This document shows positions 22,764 through 34,328 of a stretch of 64,000 nucleotides of DNA, in pieces. This DNA comes from an uncultured delta proteobacterium (lineage in GTDB: Bacteria > Desulfobacterota > Binatia > UBA9968): assembly GCA_963840855.1 (NCBI GenBank), contig CAWJBB010000033.1, positions 62,628-126,627 of the forward strand. Direction: 5' to 3'. Every line of letters starts with the position of its first letter. Positions within the stretch are counted from its first letter, which is position 1. The notes under the pieces were generated by a model. It had not been told where the DNA came from, did no database searches, and saw only the letters and a list, made by a program, of their open reading frames with translations. Made by a program: the position numbers and the translations under genes.

Positions 22764-22780
22764 CTGGCACTAGAGTTGCG
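22764..22780 (+). promoter_or_regulatory. Sigma54 (-24/-12) promoter of the glyco cluster
   Basis: CTGGCACTAGAGTTGCG matches YTGGCAC-N5-TTGC. Confidence 0.7.
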
Positions 22781-22918
22781 TTCCGAAAATAATCCTGTTG
22801 CACATAGTGCTGTCTCCCGGCGATGAGAATTGGACATCTCGGGCGCGGGGCACTTTATTGCTGCGCATGTAAAGAAATTGGACAACTTTTTAAATCAGCA
22901 GCCAAGGAGTGTTCCAGC

Positions 22919-25490
22919 ATGAGTCTGCCAATGCCATCTGCCGGTGAATCGTGTTTCGACCCGCTCACCGGCGCGGCCAAAGCTCGAACTCACGGAAAGT
23001 TTTTCTTCGTTGACGAAAAAAAAGTTTTTCTGAGGGGAGTGACCTACGGTCCTTTCTCCCCGTCACAGCTAGGAGTGGCGTTTCCCGATGCTTCTAAGGT
23101 GGCGCTCGATTTCGCATTGATGAGGGAGTTGGGAGCCAATACCGTGCGCACGTTTACCCCGCCTCCTCTTTGGCTTTTCGATATAGCGGCGTCTTACGGA
23201 CTCAGGGTCATAACAGGCTTACCTTGGGCTCAACATACTTGTTTCCTTGATTCGACCCGAACTCGGACAGAGATTCGTCGTAGCATCGAACGCACCGTCA
23301 AGGCGTGCAAAGATCACCCTGCGGCTTTGGCTTATCTAGTCGGGAATGAGATTCCGCCTGAAATAGTGCGATGGTACGGACCGCATCGAGTTCGTGGTTT
23401 CCTCCGCGAGTTGTTCGATACCGCCAAATCAATCGACCCCGACACGTTCGTAAGTTACGCAAACTTTCCTTCTACCGAATATCTCGAAATCGATTTTGCG
23501 GATTTCTTCGCGTTCAACGTCTATCTGCATCGAGAGCAGGACTTTCGCCGCTACCTCTCGCACCTTCATAATTTGGCCGGCGATCGCCCTTTGGTTTTGA
23601 CGGAGATCGGAATCGATTCCATCCGCGAAGGGCGCAATAGTCAGGCTAAAATCCTTTCATGGCAATTGCGCGCCAGCTTCGAAACGGGCGTAGCGGGAAC
23701 CGTGATCTTCTCTTGGACTGACGACTGGCACGCTTATTCGGGACCTGAAGGCTTCCAAGTTGAAGATTGGGCTTTCGGATTGGTGGATCGGCACGCGCCG
23801 ACACAAGCCTGCTTTCTGGGCCGTGAAAAACTACTATGATGGTTCTTTGCCTCCGACTCTTGCCGCATATCCCAAGGTGTCGGTCATCGTTTGCGCCTAC
23901 AACGCGGAGCGTACGATGGATCGGTGTCTCGCCTCCTTGGAGAGACTCAATTATCCAAATTACGAGGTGATTATTGTCAACGACGGCTCCACGGATGCCA
24001 CTCGAGAAATCTGCCGAGCGCTATGACAGTGTCCGATTAATTAACCAGGAAAATAAAGGCTTGAGCGCGGCGCGGAACGTCGGTCTCAGCGCCTCGACGG
24101 GTGACATCATTGCGTACACCGACTCTGACTGTATGGCCGACCCGGATTGGCTCACCTATCTGGTAGCTCGGTTTCAATCGTCGACCTTCGCAGCCGTGGG
24201 CGGGCCCAATCTCTCGCCTCCTGATGATTCTCTGGTGCCGTCATGCGTCGCCGTATCACCCGGGGCGCCGACTCATGTGCTGCTCGACGATGAAGTCGCT
24301 GAACATATACCGGGTTGCAACATGGCATTTCGCCGTGAAGCGTTGGAAGCAACCGCTGGATTCGATCCCGTTTTTCGCGCTGCCGGAGACGACGTTGATC
24401 TTTGTTGGCGCCTTCAGAATAAAGGATACAAGATCGGCTTCAGTCCGGCAGCTGTTGTCTGGCATTTTCGCCGCAACACGGTTCGCGACTACCTGAAGCA
24501 ACAAAGAGGGTACGGCAAAGCCGAAGCGCTGCTTTTTTTCAAACATCCTTACCGTTTCAATCGTGCTCGGCCAGTCGCGATGGTTTGGCAGGATCTACGG
24601 CGACATCTCTAGTTTTCTTTGAGCCTTCGGCCGAGAATATATTCTGGCGTTTTTGGCCGCGGGCTATTTCAAACGCTCTATCAACCTCCTGCGTCGCTCG
24701 GAACATATATCCCCATGACTCTGGAATGGAATATGGTTTCGGTTGCGCTGATAGTTTGCGCGTTCTTGTTCGGAGGGTATTTCTGGTTGGGGTTGGCTCC
24801 CCTTTGTCTAACGTTTACCCGATGTCTGGCGAGCGCTCTCAAAGCTCGCGTCGATTCGCGCTTCAGGGGACTCAGAGCAACTCTGCTGGTGACGCTGTTA
24901 GTTTTCTTGGGGCCGCTGGTCCGAGCTCTTGAGCGTTATCGCTGGCGTATGCGCCGTTTTCGAGAGGTCAAGGCGGTCGTCCCCAATGGAGCCGTGCAGC
25001 CTCCGCACGTCTCCTGGCTCGAGCGCGCTTTTTATCTCGCCTACTGGAACGAGGACGGACAGGAAAAAGAAAGCCTTCTGCACGGAGTGATGGAATCTCT
25101 GTTGCCGCGCAAATATCTCATTGCTGTAGACCAGGGCTGGAGCCAGCTGGGATCTGGAAATCTGCCAGGGCCCTTGGGCCAAAGCTCAAGTCATGGTGGC
25201 TAGTGAAAATCATGGCGGGACAAAACGTCTCTTGAGGGTCCGATGCGCGCTTAGGCTGTCGAGGGTTTCGATCGCCTGTTTTTGCGCTGTATGTTTTCAT
25301 GGCTGCTATCACGGCGATTCTTGGCCTTACTCCGATTACCGCAATAGCCGTCGTCACCGGTTTGGTTCACGGTGGTGCGATCCTGTACCAAAAATTTCAC
25401 ATCGGCAATGCGCTCTACCACGTGGTTGAATCCGTGGCGCACAGGCTGCGGTTCGTGCCGGTTCAAAATCAACCAACGAGGCCTGTTTGA
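22919..25490 (+). CDS. Clan GH-A (GH2-like TIM barrel) / GT2 glycosyltransferase fusion with C-terminal membrane helices, several frameshifts
   Basis: VGNEIP and LTEIG catalytic glutamates; VSVIVCAYN, YTDSD, GDDVD and QQRGYG GT2 motifs in consecutive overlapping ORFs. Confidence 0.82.
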
Positions 25491-25503
25491 AAGCACTAAG
25501 CTG

Positions 25504-27291
25504 ATGAAACGAACCGTTCGCTCCTACCTAAGACCTTACTGGACTGACTTTTGTTTTTGCGCTCGCTCAGGTACTCTTCATTAGCGCACTGGAGCTTCTC
25601 AAGCCCTGGCCGCTTAAGATCATCATTGACAATGTTTTGAGCGGAAACCCTCTGTCATGGGAATTTGCTCTTAACTGGTCGTCACAGACTCTGCTCTTGG
25701 TGGCTTGCGTGGGTCTGGTTCTTATTTATCTTCTCTTCGGCGGACTGCGCATCCTTAACGATTATACAACCATCAGGATTGGACAGAGGCATGGTGAACG
25801 ATCTTCGTCGGGATCTCTACAGCCAAATACAACGCCTCTCGCTCTCTTTCCATAACCGCCAGCAAGTCGGGGATCTCATGTATCGGATCACTGCCGACAC
25901 AATGGGGATCCAAACGCTCACGATGAACGGACTTTTTGCAATCCTCTCGGCTTCTGTCCTCTTGACCGGAATGTTTGTCATCATGCTTTCGCTGGACTGG
26001 TATCTCACGCTGCTGGCGTCTGGCTGTGTGTCCGGCGCTCTTCGGTGCCATCGGGCTTCTAGATAGGAAAATGTCCTCTGCTGCAACGCAGGCTCGGCAG
26101 AAAGAAAGCATGGTCTATTCTCTGGTCCAGCGAACGCTCTCAGGAATACGCGTGATCCAAGCCTTTACAAAAGAAGAGGACGAGGAGCGGCGCTTTCTCA
26201 AAGCCAGCACCGAGAGCCTGGCCGCTAATTTGCGGCTCTACAATCTGCAAAATTTTTATTCTGCGGTGGTGAACGTCACTATCGCCGCTGGAACGGCCGC
26301 TGTTCTGTGGGTGGGCACCCGGCACGTTTTGTCCGGGGAGCTCTCGATAGGCGAAATGGTCGTCTTTACTTCTTATCTGGCCTCTCTGTACGCCCCACTC
26401 AGCAATATTTTCGAGACCTACGGATTGGTTCAGAGCGCAAAGGTCGGTGTTCGAAGGGCATTCGAAATTTTGGAATCGGAGAGAGAGCCTGTCAGAGGGG
26501 CGTAGAGCTTTCGGGACCAATGGAGCCGAAAGGACGAGATCTCGTTCGAACGACGTTTCATTTGGCTATGATGCTTCACGGCCGATTCTAAAAAAGATTA
26601 ACCTTCGCGTTGCGCCGGGAGAGAAAATCGCGATTGTTGGCCCGACCGGAGCGGGAAAATCACGTTGGTCAGTCTTTTGCCGCGTTTTTACGATCCTCAG
26701 TCGGGCCGTGTGACGATCGATGGGATAGATATCCGAGAATTCCAGCTCAAGTCCCTGCGCCGGCAAATCGCGATGGTTCTTCAACCTCCTCTCCTGTTTC
26801 CTTTCACGATCCGCGAAAATATCGCTTACGGCCGACCTGAAGCTTCGATGGAAGAAATCGTCTCTGCAGCACAGGTGGCGCAGGTCCACGAATTTATCGA
26901 GCAGCTTCCGCAAAAATATGACACTATGGTCAGCGAGCAAGGATCCACCTTGTCGGAAGGACAGAAATTGCGCCTCACGATCGCACGCGGGATCTTGCTT
27001 AATGCTCCCATACTGATTCTGGACGAGCCCACTTCTTCCGTGGATTCGGAGACCGAGGCGCTCATCATGGACGGGCTGGAGCATCTAATGGCCGGCAGGA
27101 CCACTTTCATTATCGCCCACCGTCTATCCACCGTTCGGCAAGCCGATCTCATTCTAGTCCTGTGCGACGGTCAGATTGTTGAACAAGGCACATTTGGCGA
27201 GTTGCTGCGTCGGCGTGGCCCGTTTGCATCGCTGTATCGGACTCAGTTTGGACTGCACGAAGAAAGTCGAAACTTTCGGGTCGTAAAATAA
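25504..27291 (+). CDS. ABC transporter permease/ATP-binding protein (MsbA-like exporter), frameshifted
   Basis: [12 protein letters not shown]-terminus, transmembrane segments, [20 protein letters not shown]. Confidence 0.85.
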
Positions 27292-28013
27292 TGGAGCGCG
27301 AGATGACAGGAATCCCCGATCTGAATGACCCTCGCTATCTAGATGAGATTGGTTGGTTTCTTTACCACGAGAAGTACGGTCGCGATCAATTCGGCGGCTC
27401 CTATGACGCCGAGCGACGCGTCATACTCGCGGCTGCTGCTCGAGGAAGTCGTCGGCTTTTTGGGCCAGGATACAAAATGGATGGAGGGCAAGACCGTCGT
27501 CAGCATCGGCTGCGGCTGCACCGGTGACCTATCCGCCTTTCCTGCGGCCGTCAAAATCGCGATCGATCCGCTTCTTTATGTCTACCAGAAACTCGGAATG
27601 TTGACGGACGATGCGCCGGTGACCGGACGATCTATCTTTCCATGGGCGCCGAGAATCTCCCCCTGCTGGACGAGTTCGCCGATCTGGTGATATGCCGGAA
27701 CGCTCTCGATCATATGCCCGACCCGTCGATTACGACGAAAGAACTGTGGAGGATCCTGAAAAAGGACGGAGCGCTGTTCGTAAGCGTCGATATCGGCGGA
27801 GCGCCGACTCCGGATGAGCCCACCGTATTTTCCCTGGAAAGCCTTCGCAGTCTTCTCAGGGATCAGTTCGAAGTGGTGGCGCTGGCGGACAACTGCTCCC
27901 CGCACAGCGAGGGGCGACTCCGCAGTGTCAGACTTCTAGCGCGAAAAAAATTCCTAGCGAGCCCTGCGCTGGATAAGGCGGCAATTCTGCGGGCCTACGA
28001 AGCTCGTCTGTAG
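27291..28013 (+). CDS. Class I SAM-dependent methyltransferase, frameshifted
   Basis: VSIGCG motif I; DLVICRNALDH; LWRILKKDG. Confidence 0.75.
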
Positions 28014-28068
28014 CCAGAGCTAAAAAAGTGGCGAGCATGGCTGTGGGTGGAATCTTCAATCCGGGAAC

Positions 28069-29235
28069 ATGAAACCACGATCCCTCGTAGTTGTCGGCAC
28101 GCTTGCATCCGATCCTTACGCCGGGATGGCGTGGATGCACATGCAGATTGCCGCCGGACTGCAACGGCTCGGCCACGACGCATACTATTTTGAAACCACT
28201 TCGGCTTGGCCCTATGACCCAGTGCGAAATACCACCGTCAATGATTCCGACTACGCGTTGCCGTATTTGGAAAAAGTCGCTGAGAGTTTTGGTCTTGGCA
28301 ACCGCTGGGCTTATCGGCGAAGCTATTCGGACAAGGCATGGTTCGGTCCAAGCCGGGTCAATGCCGAGGAACTGCTTGCCCATGCCGATGCCGTCCTGAA
28401 CGTCGCTGGAGCCACGCGTTTTGCGGAAGAAGGGTTGAAGATTGGGAGGCTAGTTTACTTTGGTACCGACCCGGGCCATCACGAGATCGCCTTCGCCAGA
28501 GGACAGAAGGACGTGCGAACGCTTATTGAAGAACATGCTGATTTTGTCACATACGGCGAAAACATCGGAAATACCGATTGTCCTTTACCGCCCTTGCCTC
28601 GCCTCCGCTCAAGGACGCGGCAACCGATTCTGCTCGACCTCTGGCAAGACGGGCCGCCCGTGAAGAAAGAATTCACGACGGTCGGCAACTGGCGGCAGAC
28701 TGGCCGCGACATCGAATTTGAGGCTCAAACTTATCGTTGGAGCAAACACCACGAGTTCCTGAAGTTTATCGACTTGCCGCGGCAGACTCATGAGTCCATC
28801 GAACTCGCGACGGGATTGGCCAGTTTAAGCCCGGAAGAGCGTGATTTGCTCGAGACCATAGGGTGGCGCTTGCGCGATGCCCATCCTTTCACTACCGACC
28901 CTTGGCGCTATCGGGATTATGTTCGATCGTCGCGCGGGGAATTCACGGTTGCCAAAGACCTGCACATTCGTCTGCGCAGCGGCTGGTTCAGCGAAAGGAG
29001 CGCCTGCTATCTCGCCGCGGGACGTCCCGTGGTTACCCAGGACACCGGGTTCGCAAATTTTCTTCCTACGGGTGAAGGCCTCTTTTCATTCAACACGACG
29101 GAAGAAATCATCGCTGCTTTTGATGCCATCAACTCTGACTATGAAAGACACAGCCGCGCGGCGCGCGCCATCGCGGAGGAATACTTCCGAGCGGAGACCG
29201 TGCTTGAGAAAGTCATCGATGATTTGGGGCTTTGA
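28069..29235 (+). CDS. GT-B-like glycosyltransferase (YkvP/CgeB-like C-terminus)
   Basis: SRGEFTVAK, SGWFSERSACYLAAGRPVVTQDTGF and AIAEEYF motifs. Confidence 0.75.
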   Translation: MKPRSLVVVGTLASDPYAGMAWMHMQIAAGLQRLGHDAYYFETTSAWPYDPVRNTTVNDSDYALPYLEKVAESFGLGNRWAYRRSYSDKAWFGPSRVNAEELLAHADAVLNVAGATRFAEEGLKIGRLVYFGTDPGHHEIAFARGQKDVRTLIEEHADFVTYGENIGNTDCPLPPLPRLRSRTRQPILLDLWQDGPPVKKEFTTVGNWRQTGRDIEFEAQTYRWSKHHEFLKFIDLPRQTHESIELATGLASLSPEERDLLETIGWRLRDAHPFTTDPWRYRDYVRSSRGEFTVAKDLHIRLRSGWFSERSACYLAAGRPVVTQDTGFANFLPTGEGLFSFNTTEEIIAAFDAINSDYERHSRAARAIAEEYFRAETVLEKVIDDLGL

Positions 29236-29378
29236 TTTTTAAAAATATCTGATTGTCAAAGCGTTGTTTCACCCGAGCGCAGTTGCACGGGGTATAAAAG
29301 GAGGCTCCTATTGCCAAGGTATCAAATCCGACTGTCACAGATTCAAAAACGGAGGGCACGCCCATAAGCAAGCGGGAA

Positions 29379-30023
29379 TTGACGAACCAAAAAGCGCAGA
29401 CTTTCTTTGAAGAGCTGTGGAAGCGAGGCGACCCGTGGGACATCGAAACATCTGATTTCGAGCAGCGCAGGTGTGCTCGTTTGCTGCAGGTTCTCTCCGC
29501 GCGTCGCTATGCCAAAGCGCTTGAGATCGGCTGCGCGACGGGCGTCTTCACCCGCCGCCTCGCCCGGGTGGCGGACCGGGTGGTGGCCCTCGACATCTCG
29601 CCAACGGCGATCGAGTGTGCGCAGAAAACTTGGGCGGGCCCGGATGCGACCGAGTTCCGGGTCGCGAACATCATTGAATACGATGCGCGGGCCGAGGGCC
29701 CCTGGGACCTGGTGGTCATGAGCGACATGATTTATCTCCTCGGGTGGCTTTACCCTTTTTTTGACGTTGCCTGGCTAGCCATGGAGTTGTTCGCCGCAAC
29801 CTCTGCCGGTGGACAGCTACTTCTCGCCAACTGCTATGGGGGTGCGGAGGACTATCTTATGCGGCCAAGTTTGATCCGCACCTACCGCGACCTGTTCGTC
29901 AATGTGGGCTACGAGATCAATGCCGAGGAGGTTTTCTACGGTACAAAGAATGGCGTGGAAATTCAGGTTTTGATCACGCTGTTCGAGAAAAAGACAGAGG
30001 AAACAACCCCCGGCGGTTATTAA
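29379..30023 (+). CDS. NodS-like SAM-dependent methyltransferase
   Basis: GDPW...FEQ, ALEIGCATGVFT and DLVVMSDMIY motifs. Confidence 0.75.
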   Translation: MTNQKAQTFFEELWKRGDPWDIETSDFEQRRCARLLQVLSARRYAKALEIGCATGVFTRRLARVADRVVALDISPTAIECAQKTWAGPDATEFRVANIIEYDARAEGPWDLVVMSDMIYLLGWLYPFFDVAWLAMELFAATSAGGQLLLANCYGGAEDYLMRPSLIRTYRDLFVNVGYEINAEEVFYGTKNGVEIQVLITLFEKKTEETTPGGY

Positions 30024-30026
30024 ACA

Positions 30027-30764
30027 ATGGCTTGCAATAAACAGCTAATAGTCAATGCGGATGACTTCGGCCGGAGCTTGGGAGTCAACGGCGGCGTCAT
30101 CGAAGCTCATGAATCCGGCATCGTGACCAGCGCAAGCCTCATGGTGCGTTGGCCGGCCGCCGCGCAAGCTGCTGCTGACAGCCGGAAACACCCGAAACTC
30201 AGCCTCGGTCTCCATGTCGACCTCGGCGAATGGAGATACCGCGATGGAGCCTGGAAAGCGCTGTATGAAGTCGCTCCGTTGGATGACGTCAATATTGTCA
30301 AGGAAGAGCTAACGCGCCAGCTTGCAACCTTCCACGACCTCGTGGGCAAGCGGCCGACGCATATGGACTCCCATCAGCATGTGCATGTGCGCGAGCCCGC
30401 GCGCTCCGTTCTACGCGAGGTCGCGCGCTTTCTCGATATTCCTCTAAGGCACTTCAATCCAGGAGTCCACTACTGTGGAAAATTCTACGGCCAGACGGCC
30501 GAAGGCCTTCCTCTGCCAGACGCGATCAGCGCTCACAGCCTGGTCAAAATTCTGAGAACACTGCCCGACGGTATTACGGAACTCAGCTGCCATCCCGGAG
30601 AAGGGAGTGATCTCGACACAATATACGGTGACGAACGCGCACAAGAGCTGAAAACATTGTGCGATCCGCAAATTCCGATGATCATCAAGTCTATGGAAAT
30701 TGAGCTTCGCTCGTTCGGCAACCTGCCGGTTGGTTATTGGCGAGGATCCACCGTGCATGTTTAG
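30027..30764 (+). CDS. ChbG/HpnK (YdjC) family deacetylase
   Basis: LIVNADDFG, GLHVDL, HMDSHQHVH and ELSCHPG motifs. Confidence 0.88.
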   Translation: MACNKQLIVNADDFGRSLGVNGGVIEAHESGIVTSASLMVRWPAAAQAAADSRKHPKLSLGLHVDLGEWRYRDGAWKALYEVAPLDDVNIVKEELTRQLATFHDLVGKRPTHMDSHQHVHVREPARSVLREVARFLDIPLRHFNPGVHYCGKFYGQTAEGLPLPDAISAHSLVKILRTLPDGITELSCHPGEGSDLDTIYGDERAQELKTLCDPQIPMIIKSMEIELRSFGNLPVGYWRGSTVHV

Positions 30765-30778
30765 GAGAAGTATTGCGT

Positions 30779-31649
30779 ATGGATCAGCTATTGCCGGACC
30801 AATTGAAGGAATTATGGCACCGCGTCGAACAGAAAGAACTTTTGACGGAAGAGTTTAATCTCATGCAAGAACGCGGACTAGCTGAGTACCGGAAAATATG
30901 GAGCGATGCCTTATTTTTGGAGGGATACCGGGAATTGGAAAAGAGTCTCCTTGATGAACTCGGGTTTTACGTCGGTTGCCAGGACTCGGCTGAAATCCAA
31001 CAGCGCTGCAGCCGCGCCGTAGAAAGCCTTGCTAAGGAGTGGCGGGAAAAAGTCGATGCCACGGACCGAAAGTCGGTCGAGAACTTTTACAATGAGACTG
31101 AGGCGGAAATTTACGAGTTGATGTGGTGGCATGTCTTGTCGGAAGACCTTTCCCCATTATCTTACGTGACCGCATTGCACTTCGCTCTACGTGAGGGCTG
31201 CCATAGATGTCTTGATTTTGGCGCGGGAGTGGGCTCGGGCGGCATCCTGTTTGCGCGTCATGGGCTCGATATCGCTTTGGCAGATATAAGCTCTCCCTTG
31301 TTGGTCTTTAGCGAGTGGCGTTTTCGGCTGAGAAAGCTGGCGAGGCGAATTTTTCGACTTGAAGACGCTCGACCTGCCAAGCGAGGCCTTTGATATGGTG
31401 ACGGCGATGGATGTTTTTGAGCATCTCGCCGATCCGGTGGAGGCCGTCGAAGGCCTGTCGAAGGTCCTGAAGCCGGGAGGATTCCTCTTTGGCCGTTTCA
31501 GCGCCGAACTCAACGAGGACCGTCCGATGCACGTCGTTCAGGATTTCGAACCGACCTTCAGACGCTTGCGCGAGCTTGGCTTCATCGAGGTTTGGCAGGA
31601 CAAGTGGCTCTGGGGACAACAGGTCTTCCAAAAACTCAGCAACCGATGA
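30779..31649 (+). CDS. Class I SAM-dependent methyltransferase, frameshift near 31345
   Basis: LDFGAGVG; FDMVTAMDVFEHL; LKPGG. Confidence 0.8.
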
Positions 31650-31661
31650 CGCGCTACTCAC

Positions 31662-33209
31662 ATGAACTCAAAAGAGCGACGCATTCCATCTCGTGAAATT
31701 GTTGTGCTTGCCGGTTTACTTGTCCTAGCTCTAGCCGTGCGGCTGATCAAAATCTCGCAGCCCTACGTGGATGAGTGGAGCTTTAAACAGGGCACGATAG
31801 CGATGATCGCCGAGAACTTTTATCGCAACGGCTTCAATATTTTTTATCCGCAGATCAACTGGGCGGGAAATGCCGCAGGCTATATAGGTACCGAGTTTCC
31901 CCTTGTACCTTTTCTTGCGTCGTTGCTCTATATTCCCTTCGGCGTGCAAGAATGGATTGGCCGATCGGTGTCTGTCACGTTTTCGGTCTTAGCTCTGCCC
32001 TTTTTCTATTTTCTCGTCAAGAAGGTCTCCAATGAACGTAGCGCGGCATTTGCCGGGGTGATCTATGCCGTTGCACCGCTCAGTATTTTTGCCAGCCGTT
32101 CATTCATATCGGACATGACTTCGCTTGGTTTTTCGATTGCCGCACTTTACCTTTTCAGCGAATGGCTGGACCGGTCGAATGATCGGCGTCTACTATTAAG
32201 CGCCGCTGCAGCGACCACATTGGCGATCCTCGTCAAAGCACCCACGGCAATCATCGCTTTACCGCTAGCATACATGGCCTGGGAACAGTATCGGTGGAAA
32301 TTCATCCGCCAGCCGAAAATTTGGGTTTTTGCCTGCCTGTCTATGGCTTTTCCGATCGCTTGGTATACCCATGCCTATTTTCTAACGATGACCTATCCTC
32401 CTCACCAGTTCATGGGAAGCGACGGTCTAAGGCTGGAGGACTTGCACTTCTATGCATCCGTAGGGCGTCGGCTCGTCGGTTCCAGCCTGACTCCAGTCGT
32501 AGCCGTCGGGACGTTGGCCGGACTTTTTTTGCCTCCCGCGACCAAATATGGGCGGCTGTTTTATTGGTGGCTCGTTGCTATTTGCCTCTTTATCATCGCC
32601 GCCGGCTTCGGAAACCGTCATCCTTGGTATCAACTTCCCCTCGTGCCTGTGGCGGCGGCCTTCGCCGGGCGGGCGTTTGATTTTTTGCTGTACAGGATGC
32701 GCGCACTCACTGCATCGAGAACCGCCGAGCATTTCGGCGGCGCCGTGCTGTGTCTCACGCTCCTTGCCGTTTCTTATGTGTACGTCAAGCCGCTTTATGA
32801 GCCGTGGGCTACGCCGCTACGAAAGGCCGGATATCAGCTCGACCGCATTACTTCTCCCGACGCGCTTGCGGTCTTCGTGGTGGATGGCGATTCGTCGGGG
32901 ATCTACTACAGCAGACGAAAAGGGTGGCATGCTTTCGATGATAGCGACTGGGGTGCCCCCCTGGATAGCGCGCAAGCGATCATGGAACTCGAGAAATTGA
33001 GGAATCGCGGGGCGACGCATTTGGTATTCACCCTATACACAGTCTGGTGGTTGGATTATTACAAGGAGTTCGCGGACTATCTGGATTCGTACTATCGGCG
33101 CGTGAGTGAGACTGAGGATTATGTGATTTTTGATTTAGCAGACGGACTGAATAAGACGGCCACGGCCGGCGGATCCCCGAGCTTCCGGGTAGACCCTTCT
33201 CAAGACTAA
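31662..33209 (+). CDS. ArnT/PMT-family (GT-C) membrane glycosyltransferase
   Basis: PYVDEW loop motif, EFPL, multiple transmembrane helices, LAILVK. Confidence 0.8.
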   Translation: MNSKERRIPSREIVVLAGLLVLALAVRLIKISQPYVDEWSFKQGTIAMIAENFYRNGFNIFYPQINWAGNAAGYIGTEFPLVPFLASLLYIPFGVQEWIGRSVSVTFSVLALPFFYFLVKKVSNERSAAFAGVIYAVAPLSIFASRSFISDMTSLGFSIAALYLFSEWLDRSNDRRLLLSAAAATTLAILVKAPTAIIALPLAYMAWEQYRWKFIRQPKIWVFACLSMAFPIAWYTHAYFLTMTYPPHQFMGSDGLRLEDLHFYASVGRRLVGSSLTPVVAVGTLAGLFLPPATKYGRLFYWWLVAICLFIIAAGFGNRHPWYQLPLVPVAAAFAGRAFDFLLYRMRALTASRTAEHFGGAVLCLTLLAVSYVYVKPLYEPWATPLRKAGYQLDRITSPDALAVFVVDGDSSGIYYSRRKGWHAFDDSDWGAPLDSAQAIMELEKLRNRGATHLVFTLYTVWWLDYYKEFADYLDSYYRRVSETEDYVIFDLADGLNKTATAGGSPSFRVDPSQD

Positions 33210-33400
33210 TACTTACGCCGGTATCGAGGACTATCTTCTCCGCCCATGGATCATCCGGACCTATCATGACCTGTTTGTTAATGTAGGCTACCGGCTCGAG
33301 TCCGAAGAAATTTTTCGGGGAACAAAGGAAGGAGTCGAACTCGAAGTCTTGATCTCACTTTTCGCCAAAGCGCCAGAAAAAGAAGTGCCATCTGGTTATA
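33196..33400 (+). pseudogene. C-terminal remnant of a second NodS-like methyltransferase
   Basis: NTYAGIEDYLLRPWIIRTYHDLFVNVGYRLESEEIFRGTKEGVELEVLISLF aligns with the C-terminus of 29379-30023. Confidence 0.8.
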
Positions 33401-33425
33401 CCGATCCTCGGAGGACATTAACAAC

Positions 33426-34328
33426 ATGTCTGTTGACCGATCCTACCTCGACCAAATAGCGGCCCTTGAGTTCAAGGGCGTCGAGTGGACGCGGGAAAAG
33501 ATCCTTGCGGTGCGGGACTTGCTCTCGCCGTGGAACCACAACATCGCCTTACCGCACGGCGTGTACACGGCGGCGTGCGACGATTACTACCCCGCGCACC
33601 GGGAGATCATGCGCGTCGTGCGCGAGCGCCTCGGAAACAACTTCAGCGGCAGGCGCATCGTGGACATCGGCTGCCTAGAGGGATACTTCTCGATCGAGTG
33701 CGCGCTCCAGGGTGCGGAGGTCCTCGGCATCGACGGCAAGCTCCTCAACGTCCGGAAGTGCGAGTTCGTGCGGTCCGTCCTCGGCGTCGAACGAGCGACG
33801 TTCGCCCTCGGCGACGCGATGACTGTGACCTGCGAATCGTCAGGCCGATTCGACGCCGTCCTTGCGCTCGGGCTTCTCTACCACCTCGATGATCCCTATA
33901 CGTTCCTCGCCAACGTGGCCGCGCTCTGCACCGGCTTCGCAGTGATCGACACGCACGTCGCCCTGGAGGATCAACCAGAGCGCATCAAGGGGGGAAGCTG
34001 GCGGCCGGACCTCTCGGAGCTGCGGACGTTCACGTTCGATGGGAGGCGGTACGAAGGCCGTCTCTTCCGCGAGTTCCCAACAGGAACGGCTCGCGATGTG
34101 AAGGATCTTTCGCCGACCGCGTCGCTGGAGAACGAACTCTCTGTGTGGCTCACCGAGGATTCCCTCGTCCGGATGCTCCACGACGTCGGGTTTTCCGGCA
34201 CGGAGAAGGTCGTCTACCCAAGGGAAGTGGGCACCTGGTGGTCGGACCTGCGCAAGGAATGCCGCGTACTCATGGTTGCATCGTCCTCGCGCAACCGGTT
34301 CAGGTCAAAGCTGTTCCCAAATTCGTGA
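33426..34328 (+). CDS. SAM-dependent methyltransferase (CmoB/DUF1698-like)
   Basis: WNHNIAL, VDIGCLEG and FDAVLALGLLYHL motifs. Confidence 0.8.
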   Translation: MSVDRSYLDQIAALEFKGVEWTREKILAVRDLLSPWNHNIALPHGVYTAACDDYYPAHREIMRVVRERLGNNFSGRRIVDIGCLEGYFSIECALQGAEVLGIDGKLLNVRKCEFVRSVLGVERATFALGDAMTVTCESSGRFDAVLALGLLYHLDDPYTFLANVAALCTGFAVIDTHVALEDQPERIKGGSWRPDLSELRTFTFDGRRYEGRLFREFPTGTARDVKDLSPTASLENELSVWLTEDSLVRMLHDVGFSGTEKVVYPREVGTWWSDLRKECRVLMVASSSRNRFRSKLFPNS

